Shown: in pieces, positions 51,097-61,771 of the stretch
How the letters are laid out: each line of letters starts with the position of its first letter
How positions within the stretch are numbered: position 1 is the first letter of the stretch
DNA from: Octopus sinensis
Taxonomy: Eukaryota
Assembly (NCBI RefSeq): GCF_006345805.1
Contig: NC_043023.1
Location: forward strand, 20,274,001-20,338,000
Length of the DNA: 64,000 bases
Direction: 5' to 3'
Notes under the pieces: model-generated
What the model was told of the DNA's origin: nothing
The model's input: only the letters and a program-made list of their open reading frames with translations
Databases searched by the model: none
Position numbers and translations under genes: made by a program

Positions 51097-51523
51097 GGCG
51101 CAGGAGTGGCTGTGTGGTAAGTAGCTTGCTTACAAACCACATGGTTCCGGGTTCAGTCCCACTGCTTGGCATCTTGGGCAAGTGTCTTCTACTATAGCCC
51201 CGGGCCGACCAATGCCTTGTGAGTGAATTTGGTAGACGGAAACTGAAAGAAGCCTGTCGTATATATGTATATGTATATATATGTATGTGCATGTGTGTGT
51301 GTTTGCGTGTCTGTGTTTGTCCCCCTAGCATTGCTTGACAACCGATAATGGTGTGTTTATGTCCCCCATCACTTAGCGGTTCGGCAAAAGAGACCGATAG
51401 AATAAGTACTGGGCTTACAAAGAATAAGTCCCGGGGTTGATTTGCTCGATTAAAAAGTGGTGCTCCAGCATGGCCGCAGTCAAATGATTGAAACAGGTAA
51501 AAGAGTAAAAAGAGTGAAAGAGT
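51097..51523 (+). mobile_element. Family A SINE, full length
   Basis: Collinear with other A copies. Confidence 0.85.
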
Positions 51524-51524
51524 A

Positions 51525-51612
51525 TATCAAATTTGAGCGCAATCGGATGGAGGATGCCCAAGATCCTAGAAGACACACAGACAGACAGACAACAGATTTT
51601 ATATAATAGATA
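51525..51612 (+). mobile_element. Possible Helentron/HINE (DINE-1-like) terminal fragment
   Basis: aaatttgagcgcaatcggatg..(GACA)n..ttttatataataga resembles the end architecture of such elements; recalled pattern only. Confidence 0.3.
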
Positions 51613-51917
51613 ATCGAAGGACATGCTAAGTATGGGTCTGGTGCAGCCTTCCAGCCTTGCCAGCCCTGGTCAAAGCATCCAACCCATGCCAGCATGGACA
51701 ATGGACGTTAAATGACGATGGTAAATGTGGATGAATAAGCCTCACGTTTGACAGAGATAATCTGAATGCAAACGAGTTAATTAGGGAACTGGGTCGTTAT
51801 GTAAGATCAGTAAATAACGATGTTGTTATTTCTCCAATTTCCTGGGTAAAATTACTAGATTACCCAGCATACAAATTGACGAGGTACTTAGTATAACAAG
51901 TGTGTAAAGACAAGCAT

Positions 51918-52067
51918 GCCTGTGTGGTAAGTAGCTTGCTTACCAACCACATGGTTCCGGGTTCAGTCCCACTGCGTGGCACCTTGGGCAAGTGTCTTCT
52001 ACTATAGCCTCGGGCCAACCAAAGCCTTGTGAATAGATTTGGTAGAGAAACTGAAAGGCGCCAGTCT

Positions 52068-52098
<31 letters not shown>

Positions 52099-53087
52099 GT
52101 GTGTGTGTGTGTGTAAAAGCACCATCCGTTCGTGTCCGTTGCCAGCCTCGCCTGGCTCCTGTGCGGGTGGCACGTAAAAAGCACCCACTACACTCACGGA
52201 GTGGTTGGCGTTAGGAAGGGCATCCAGCTGTAGAAACACTGCCAGATCTGACCGGAGCCTGGTGCAGCCGCCTGGCTTCACAGACCCCAGTTGAACCGTC
52301 CAACCCATGCTAGCATGGAAAGCGGACGCTAAACGATGATGATGATGATATATAGGAATGGCTGTGTGGTAAGAAGCTTGCTTCCTAACCACATGGTTCC
52401 GGGTTCAGTACTACTGCGTGGCACCTTGGGCAAGTATCTTCTGCTATAGCCTTGAGCCAAAGCCCATCATATATGTGTATGTGTGTATGCTTGTGTGTGT
52501 CTGTGTTGTGCCCCCCCCCCTTCACCATCACTTGACAACCAGTGTTGGCGTGTTTACATCCCTGTAACTTAGTGGTTCAGCAAATGATACTGATAGAACA
52601 AGTACTAGGCTTACAAAGAATAAGTCCTTGGGTCCTCCAGCATGGCCGCAGTCAAGTGACTGAAATGGGTAAAAGAATATATAGGCGCAGGAGTGGCTGT
52701 GTGGTAAGTAGCTTGCTTACCAACCACATGGTTCCGGGTTCAGTCCCACTGCGTGGCACCTTGGGCAAGTGTCTTCTACTACAGCCTCAGGCCGACCAAA
52801 GCCTTGTGAGTGGATTTGGTAGACGGAAACTGAAAGAAGCCTGTCGTATATGTGTGTATATATATATGTGTGTGTGTGTGTCTGTGTTTGTCCCCCTAGC
52901 ATTGCTTGACAACCGATGCTGGTGTGTTTACGTCCCCATCACTTAGCGGTTCGGCAAAAGAGACCGATAGAATAATTACTGGGCTTAACAGAATAAGTCC
53001 GGGGTCGATTTGCTCGACTAAAGGCGGTGCTCCAGCATGGCCCAGTCAATGACTGAAACAAGTAAAAGATTAAAAAGAGTAAAGAGT
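51918..53087 (+). mobile_element. A-head/D-tail SINE (51918-52350), older A copy (52355-52675) and full A copy (52684-53087)
   Basis: Motif-by-motif comparison with the other copies in the window. Confidence 0.75.
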
Positions 53088-53517
53088 ATGTTTTCATGTA
53101 GGGACATTTTCCTTTTTTTCTGTCCTTATACTTTTGACAGGTAACAATTGTGTGTGTGTGTATATATATATACACACATACAAGTGTGTTGTGTGTATGC
53201 TTGTGTGTGTAAACATACACACGTGAGCGTATGCAAATGTGTTGTGAGTGCCAATGTAAACAGTTTTAAACTCTGTCCCCCCCCCCACCTGCCAATCCTA
53301 TTTAACTCACACCCCACCCTCATTGACCCCAACAGTTGTAAGAGGGGCTGGGTGGAATAAAAGGGTCAAAAAGTCATGAGGGATCAACTTTGATTTCAAT
53401 ACTATTCTCTCTCTCTCTTTCTCTTTTCCCCTCTCTCTTTCCCACTCTCCCCCCCTCTCTCTCACCTGCTCTCTTTCTTTCTCTCTTTCTCTTTCCCTCT
53501 CTTTTTCCCTCTCTCTT

Positions 53518-53577
<60 letters not shown>

Positions 53578-54119
53578 CATGTTTCCGTGTCATGCTGAAT
53601 CTCTTTGAGAACCAAGTTAAGGCTACACTTGTCTATGGAGTACTCGGCCACTTGCATGCTAATTTCACGAGCAAGCTGTTCCATTGATCCGACCAACTGG
53701 GACCCTCATCACTGTAATCGGGTAAGTGCCAGCCCCCTTGAGCAAGAACCTTTATTTCTCTTTGCCTCATTCCACTCAGCTATACCTGTAATTAAAAAAG
53801 GGGCCGGCCTTGTCACATTGAATCTCTTAGAGAACTAAGTTAAGGCTACACTTATCTGTGGAGTACTCGACCACTTGTATGCTAATTTCATGAACCAGCT
53901 GTCCCATTGGTCTCCAACCGACTGGAACCCTTACCATAACCGATGAAGTGCCGGTTCTATGTATATATGGTGGGCCCCACAGAGTCAATGGCAAGCATCC
54001 GAGACCCTTGGAGGTATGCCGTACTTGAGAAGACCTGTCAAGCCAAGTGAGGTTGTAGTCATGGCCGGTGCCAGTGTTGTGTAACTGGCCCCTAAAAGGC
54101 TCCCTTCCATTGTTGGCGA

Positions 54120-55822
54120 AACACACATCTATACACAAACACACACACAAAGATATACACACACATGTATGCAAATAAGTGTATACCCACACATACACAT
54201 ACATATACATACAGATGTACACACACAAATATATACACAAATGTATCCATATACACACTAAGGGGCACACACACACACACACACATGCACATAGATGTAT
54301 ACACACACGTATACACAGATGTACACACCCATACATGTATACATACAGATGTGTACACACACACATGCACACACATACATGCACACACACACACACACAC
54401 ACAGATGTACACTCACATATACACATATGTACACATGTATATACACAAATGTACAGACACAGATACACACACACACACACACACACACACAAGCTGTGCT
54501 TGTGAAGCCCTGTTTGAACGAAGGGTCTGAGTGGCGCATAAAAAGTGCCACTGGAGTGTTGGGCTTCATGGAGGGAGTGAGAGGTGACCGAGACCCTTGG
54601 CGGTTACTGTGTTTGTTCGATAATTTAAGTACCAGTTGTGTACTGGGGTTGATCTAATTGATTGCCCCCAAATCAGATCGGATCAGAACCGAGTGCAGTC
54701 AACCCCCAAATCCCTCATCCCCCACCCCTCGGGCTTTACCAGTTTTCGGTCGAACCGTCCAACCCATGCCAGCATGGAAAACGGACGTTAAACGATGATG
54801 ATGATGATGATGTTACTCTGTCTGTGTGTGTGTGTGTGTGTGATTACACATTCCTGTCTATCAACACGCACCCCCCCTCCCTCCCAATTAGCACCAATTC
54901 TCTTCCTGTCATCCCAGGGTTCCTCTACTCAAACACTTTACCAAACATAGTTCTTAATGTGTTAATGAAGAAGAATGCCTCCATCACCACCACCACCACC
55001 ACCCTCCCACAGTGGCACTGGTTGTTGGCACTAACGACGGTGATGATGATGATGATGGTGTTGTGGTGATGGTGGTGGTGTGGTGGAAGCGATAGATAAG
55101 GCATGTGTATCACCACCTCCACCGTCCCACCCACACTCGTCTCTGAAACTGACCACCACGTTATAGCAATGACGTCATTGATGGGAGGTGGAGTGGAGTG
55201 GAGGGGTGAGACAAAGAGTTTTGTGTTGATTTAGAGCGGCGGTGGTGGTGGTGGTGGTGGTGGTGGAGGAACAAAGATGGGTGTTTATTAAAGGAGTTGA
55301 ATGTGGGGACGATGACAGCGGTGGGGGTTGTGTGTATGCATACGTCTGTGTGTGTGTGGTTGCATATACACGTGTATGTGAATGTGTGTACATCTGCGTG
55401 CACGTGTGTTTGTGTGTTTGGAGTATGTGTACATTCGTGTGAGTACCTGTATCTGTATGTCTGCGTGTGTGTGTGTGTGTGTGTGTGTGTATCTGTGTCT
55501 GTACATTTGTGTATATACATGTGTATATATGTGCATATGTGAGTGTACATCTGTGTATGTGTGTATGCATGTGTGTGTGTATGTACATCTGTATGTATAC
55601 ATGTATGGGTGTGTACATCTGTATACGTGTGTGTATACATCTATGTGCATGTGTGTGTGTGTGTGTGTGTGTGCCCCTGAGTGTGTATATGGATACATCT
55701 GTGTATATATTTGTGTATGTACATCTGTATGTATATGCATGTGTATGTGTGGGTATACACCTATTTTCATACATGTGTGTGTGTATATCTTGTGTGTGTC
55801 TTTGTGTATAGATGTGTGTTTG
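54120..55822. repeat. Local inverted duplication: 54120-54492 versus 55462-55822
   Basis: Non-periodic landmarks match in reverse complement (cactaaggggcacac / gtgcccctgagtgtg; aagtgtatacccacac / gtgggtatacacct). Confidence 0.8.
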
Positions 55823-56342
55823 TATATATGAACTTGTATCAACTTAGATATACACACCCACTACACTCTCGGAGTGGTTGGCGTTCGGAAGGGCATCCAG
55901 CTGTAGAAACTTTGCCAGATCAGACTGGAGCCTGGTGCAGCCATCTGGCTTCCCAGACCCCGGTCGAACTGTCCAACCCATGCTAGCATGGAAAGCGGAT
56001 GTTAAACGATGATGATATATTGGGTTGGCAAGAAAATAATTTCATTTTTCATAATTAGAGTTACGACGTTTTTGAATGACTTTTGTCACTTTTGATTTTT
56101 TTCCCCTTTTGACATTTGATAGCCATTACTTTCAGCTTACTTCAGAAGCAAATTGCGCTTAATTTTGTTCACAGCTGTTACTTCAGTGTCCATTTTAACA
56201 TGGAGTGCAAAAACGAACATTTTTTGCCATATTTTGCTTTTTTATTTCTGTAAAGGCAAGAAAGATGCTTAGGCTCCAAAGAGATAAGTGAAGTTTATCA
56301 TGTTGATTGCTTAACAGAATGCACATGTCTGAAATGGTTTAA

Positions 56343-56748
56343 CCCTTTTGTTACCAAACCGCCCAAAGCCGCCCAAAAAAAATTTTGGTTAATGTGACCA
56401 AACCGCCCAAAGCCGCCCGAATTTACCTATTCATATTTAAATGATGCATACCCATTTGAATATTAGCTGATGATTCATTTTCTATGGTGATGTTTAAACA
56501 AAATTTTAATATTTTTACCTTTTGCTCAATTTACCTGGATTTACCTGTAATTAAAGTCACTTTTGGACAAAAGTTATGCAATAGAATTAAGAACCCTTTC
56601 TTTAATTATGTTCCAAATATCACATTAATATGTTGATAAGTAAAAAAGTTAGTTATTTAATGAAACAAGCCTAAATTCATGATTATTTTAGAATTTAATT
56701 GAAACTCATGAGGGGTGTATTTTGGTCAGAAATATAGTAACGAAAGGG
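56343..56748. mobile_element. piggyBac-type non-autonomous element
   Basis: TTAA TSD at 56339-56342 and 56749-56752; TIRs cccttttgttac and gtaacgaaaggg. A similar end occurs at 28395-28410. Confidence 0.85.
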
Positions 56749-57025
56749 TTAAAAAATTCCATCCTGGGGATTTTTCACTCAAAGATGACCAACATTCTGG
56801 TCGACCTACGGAAGTCGATGCTAACCGAATCAATGCCATAATTGAATCTGATTGTCTTGTAACTGTGCGAGAGATTGCAGAGAAGTTAAATGTATCACAC
56901 ACAACAATTAACAATCACTTTAAAATGTCTGGGACTCGTTAAGAAGCTTGATATTTGAGTTCCACATAAATCAAAAGGGATTCACTTAATGCAATGAGTT
57001 ATTATTTGTGATATACATCTCAAAA

Positions 57026-57412
57026 GTGGAGGTGCAATGGCCCAGTGGTTAGGGCAGCGGACTCGCGGTCGTAGGATCGTGGTTTCGATTTCCAGACCGG
57101 GCGTTGTGAGTGTTTATTGAGCGAAAACACCTAAAGCTCCACGAGGCTCCGGCAGGGGATGGTGGTGATCCCTGCTGTACTCTTTCACCACAACTTTCTC
57201 TCACTCTTACTTCCTGTTTCTGTTGTACCTGTATTTCAAAGGGCCGGCCTTGTCACTCTCTGTGTCACGCTGAATATCCCCGAGAACTACGTTAAGGGTA
57301 CACGTGTCTGTGGAGTGCTCAGCCACTTACACGTTAATTTCACGAGCAGGCTGTTCCGTTGATTCGGATCAACCGGAACCCTCGTCGTCGTAACCGACGG
57401 AGTGCTTCCACC
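57026..57412 (+). mobile_element. Family C SINE, full length
   Basis: 10-bp TSD acatctcaaa at 57015-57024 and 57413-57422; A and B boxes intact. Confidence 0.88.
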
Positions 57413-57546
57413 ACATCTCAAACGCAATGAGATGGACCTTTTTTTTTTTTGAAACGAATCATCACTGGTGATGAAAAATGGATTGTCTACAATAACATCA
57501 ATCAAGAACAATCATGGTCCAAGCGTAATAAACCAGCACAAACTAT

Positions 57547-57968
57547 ACCTATTTCTTTATTGCCCACAAGGGGCTAAACACAGAGGGGACAAACAAGGAC
57601 AGACAAATGGATTAAGTCGATTACATCGACCCCAGTGCGTATCTGGTACTTAATTTATCGACCCCGAAAGGATGAAAGGCAAAGTCGACCTCGGCGGAAC
57701 TTGAACTCAGAACGTAGCGACAGACGAAATACCTATTTCTTTACTACCCACAATGGGCTAAACACACAGAGAGGACAAACAAGGACAGACAAACGGATTA
57801 AGTTGATTACATCGACCCCAGTGCGTAACTGGTATTTATTTAATCGATCCCGAAAGGATGAAAGGCAAAGTCGACCTCGGCGGAATTTGAACTCAGAACG
57901 TAGCGACAGACGAAATACCGCTAAGCATTTCGTCCGGTGTGCTAACGGTTCTGGCTGCTCACCGCCTT
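57547..57968 (-). mobile_element. Two tandem family B SINEs
   Basis: B consensus motifs. Confidence 0.8.
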
Positions 57969-58559
57969 ATCAATAATAATAACAATCATATCCACTAAAG
58001 CAACTAGGACAGAGGTTTTGAGGGGAGGGGACCAGTTGATTAGATCAACCCGTGTGGTAAGTAGTCTGCTTACCAACCACATGGTTCTAGGTTCAGTCCC
58101 ACTGCATGGCACCTTGGGTAAGTGTCTTCTACTATAGCCTCGGGCTATAGTAGAAGCCTTGTGAGTGGATTTGGTAGATGGAAACTGAAAGAAGCCCATC
58201 GTATATATATATATATATGTGTGTGTGTCTCTTTTTGTCCCCACCCCATCGCTTGACAACCTATGTTGGTGTGTTTACATCCCCATATCTTAGCGGTTTG
58301 GCAAAAAGGACCAATAGAATAAGTTCTAGGCTTACAAAGAATAAGTCATGGGGTCGATTTGCTTGTCTAAAGGCAGTGCTCCAGCGTGGCCGCCGTCAAA
58401 TGACTGAAACAAAAAAATAGGAATAAAAGCAAAGACTATTCTACAGACTCCCCTGTCGTTTGATGACGTATGAGAGTGGCGCCACCACACGGACGGTTTG
58501 GTTATAGGGATCAAATGTTTGTGTGGCACTCAAGCTCACTCCCTCTCCCCATCAAATCG

Positions 58560-58715
58560 GCGTCACCATGTGCCACATGTCAGGTGAGGAAATGATCGCA
58601 GGGTAACGTGAAATGAAGTGCTTTGCTCAAGAACGCATCGCAGTGCCCAGTCTAGGAATTGAACCCACGATCTAGCAATCGTGAGCGCAACACCTTAACC
58701 ACTGAGCCATGCACT
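58560..58715 (-). mobile_element. tRNA-derived SINE head, family E (related fragment at ~12778-12900)
   Basis: Minus strand: atggctcagtggttaagg..gggttcaattcc..gttcttgagcaaagcacttc. Confidence 0.55.
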
Positions 58716-59327
58716 TTCATACACACACACACACACACACACACACATATTTGGTGTTGTGTGTATGGGTGTATGTGACCGTGTGTGTGTTTGCATATAC
58801 ACCTACATATAAATGATGCTGTTTGTGTGTGTGAGGTTGTACACACACTCACACACATACACACACATGCACACACATGCACACACGCATGCACACACAC
58901 AAACGCATGCACACACACATGCACACACACACACACACACAAATGCACACACACACACTCATGCACACACACGCTTGCACGCACACGCTTGCACACACAC
59001 ACACGCTTGCACACACACACACACACAGGGACAAACAAACAGGGTTTGTGTCAGGGAATTCTCACCAGGACCCCTTATCCTCTTCATCGGCTTCACTGTC
59101 CCGTCTTCATAATTAGGTTCGTTGTTCTCTCCTCGTTATCGTTACCTCCTCTGCCATCCGTCAGCAGGTGTCTTCATTATCTTCCTTAACATCATCCTCA
59201 TCACATACGCCACTTACTCATCTCTTCATCAGTTTCACAACCACCACCATCATCATCATCATCATCATCATCATCACCAATATTATCATCTTCATGTACT
59301 GGAGGAGGTAACGGTGGGGGTGTGTGC

Positions 59328-59460
59328 TTGTTTAGCCCCAGGTCAGTCCTGATCCAGACAGACCCATGATCAAAGACGTTCCAACTGTGATCATCCCAGC
59401 TTTTATTCAGGCCTAGTGTATCTAGGACTACATTATCTAATGTATTAGTGGCTAGAGTTC
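59328..59460 (-). mobile_element. Solo copy of family G
   Basis: Collinear with the 11670-12110 units and with the start of the satellite. Confidence 0.7.
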
Positions 59461-59644
59461 TTTCCTTCACTTTGTTTTTACCATGTCCTCAACTTCTTGT
59501 TTTTTTCTTGTTTTGCTTGGTTTTTTTGGGGATTAACTATATATATATATATATAACGTGACCGAAGACCATCAGATGTTGTTACACATCGCTGGTCACA
59601 ATGCGCTTCGCACTGTTTTAGCCTTCAAATGACGCCACCCCGCT

Positions 59645-59806
59645 GAAGAAAGAGTGAGAGAAAGAGTACAGCAGGGATCACCACCCCCTGCCGGAGCCTC
59701 GTGGAGCTTTTAGGTGTTTTCGATCAATAAACACACACAACGCCCAGCCTGGGAATCGAAACCGCGATCCTGCGACCGCGAGTCCGCTGCCCTAACCACT
59801 GGGCCA
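59645..59806 (-). mobile_element. Family C SINE, 5' half
   Basis: Collinear with 57026-57190. Confidence 0.75.
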
Positions 59807-60773
59807 ATATAGATATGTATGTATGTATGTATGTACGTAGCCCCATCATCATCATATGTCGACTTTCCATGCTGGCCTGGGTTGGATGGTTTCACAGGAG
59901 TCAGCTGAGCAGAAGACTGTGCTAGGCCTCAGAGTCTGTTTTGGCAAGGTTTTCACAGCTGGGTGCCCTTCTTAACCCCAGCAACCCTGCAGAGTGTGGA
60001 CCGAGTGCTTTTTACATTGCAGCAGCAGAGGCGAGGCCTATTTTAGCATGGTTTTCACAGCTGGGTGCCCTTCCTAACACCAACCACCCTATAGAGTGGA
60101 CGAAGTGGCTTTTACAGCTGGATGCCCTTCTAAATGCCAACTAATTTCCAGTGTAGACTATGCGTTTTATGTGGCACCAGCATTGGCAGGGTTACCAAGT
60201 AACTTGCAGGATAAAGATCCTTTGAATGGGGGAGGGACTTTGGAGACAAGATCTTGCGTCAGATGATGAAAGGTTAGAGTGTGACAGAGATAGAAGTTTA
60301 CATGTGTAAAAGCACAATCACTGATTGTCAAGTGATGATAGGGGGACACACGGACACACCATGGTATATATATCGTGGTAACATCAACATTTCTTTTCTC
60401 TGCTGTAAAACTCAATTTCTAACACACCAGCTGAATTCAATTCTTCTCTAGTCGAAAGACGCCTGTTGTGATGTCCTGTTATTATTATTATTGTTTTTTT
60501 TGTATTTATATTTGTGTAACATCGTCCGTTTTTCCGTCCTTGTTTCGTATACATTCAAAGCTTTCTTCCAAGGAATCTAATGCTTTTAGCTTAGTTTTTC
60601 CTTGGGGCTGGCCAGATTGGAGCAATCTCAAGATTAATCAGCTGAAATTGCGAGGATGATCTGGTTCTTGACTGAAGATTGAAGGCTTCGAATGACCCGT
60701 CCAGGTTTTTTGTATCGTCTTCTGGATGTTTTGCGTTCTTGTCCCATTTTGTATTTATATATATATATATATA

Positions 60774-61185
60774 GGCGCAGGAGTGGCTGTGTGGTAAGTA
60801 GCTTGCTAACCAACCACATGGTTCCGGGTTCAGTCCCACTGCGTGGCATCTTGGGCAAGTGTCTTCCGCTATAGCCCCGGGCTGACCAATGCCTTGTGAG
60901 TGGATTTGGTAGACGGAAACTGAAAGAAGCCTGTCGTATATATGTATATATATATACAAGTGTGTGTGTATATGTTTGTGTGTCTGTGTTTGTCCCCCTA
61001 GCATTGCTTGACAACCGATGCTGGTGTGTTTACGTCCCCGTCACTTAGCAGTTCGGCAAAAGAGACCGATAGAATGAGTACTGGGCTTACAAAGAATAAG
61101 TCCCGGGGTCGAATTGCTCGACTAAAGGCGGTGCTCCAGCATGGCCGCAGTCAAATGACTGAAACAAGTAAAAGAGTAAAAAGAG
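60774..61185 (+). mobile_element. Family A SINE, full length
   Basis: Collinear with other A copies. Confidence 0.85.
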
Positions 61186-61771
61186 AGAGTATATACACGC
61201 ACATACATACAACAGGCTTCTTTCGGTTTCCGTCTACCAAATCCACTCACAAGGCTCTGGTCAACCCAAAGCTACAGCAGAACACACTTGCTCAAGATGT
61301 CATACAGTGGGATTGAACCCAGAACCATGTGGTTGGGACGCAAACTTCTTGCCACACATCTGTTCCTCTACTTCTGTATATACATAGATTTGTGTGTATA
61401 TATTTTTACATAAAATATTTGATATGTGTATATATTTGATTATAAAATATTTGATGTGTATATTTTTTATATATAAAATATTTGTGTATATATTTGTGCA
61501 TAAAATATTTAGTGTGTGTATATATTTTTACATAGAATATTTAGTGTGTGTATATATTTGATTATAAAATATTTAATGTGTGTATATTTGTGTATAAAAT
61601 ATTTGTGTATATATTTGCATATAAAATATTTAATGTGTGTATATAATATTTATGTAGAATATTTTGTGTGTGTGTATATATATATGTATATAAGTATATA
61701 TACACTCGCAGTGTTCACAATATTTAACATGTGTATTTATATTTTGTTTTTTCTTTTTTGTGTCTTTGCAG

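Larger units (their letters stand above)
56020..57545 (+). mobile_element. Decayed mariner transposon (left TIR and 5' half of transposase) with two nested insertions
   Basis: TA-TTGGGTTGGCAAG TIR at 56018-56032; ATG at 56200 (MECKNEH). After removing inserts: KWFKKF..GDFSLKDDQHSGRP..VTVREIAEKLNVSHTT, HLKRNE, and RIITGDEKWIVYNN (first catalytic Asp). Stops and frameshifts present. Confidence 0.85.

Noticed and set aside
57026-57100. tRNA gene (also the heads of families A, B and E)
   Set aside because: A and B boxes are present, but there is no complete cloverleaf or acceptor stem and each runs into a multicopy SINE body.
174-60000. The many YI/CV/HT-rich ORFs in the track
   Set aside because: Translations of (TA)n, (TG)n and (CA)n microsatellites.
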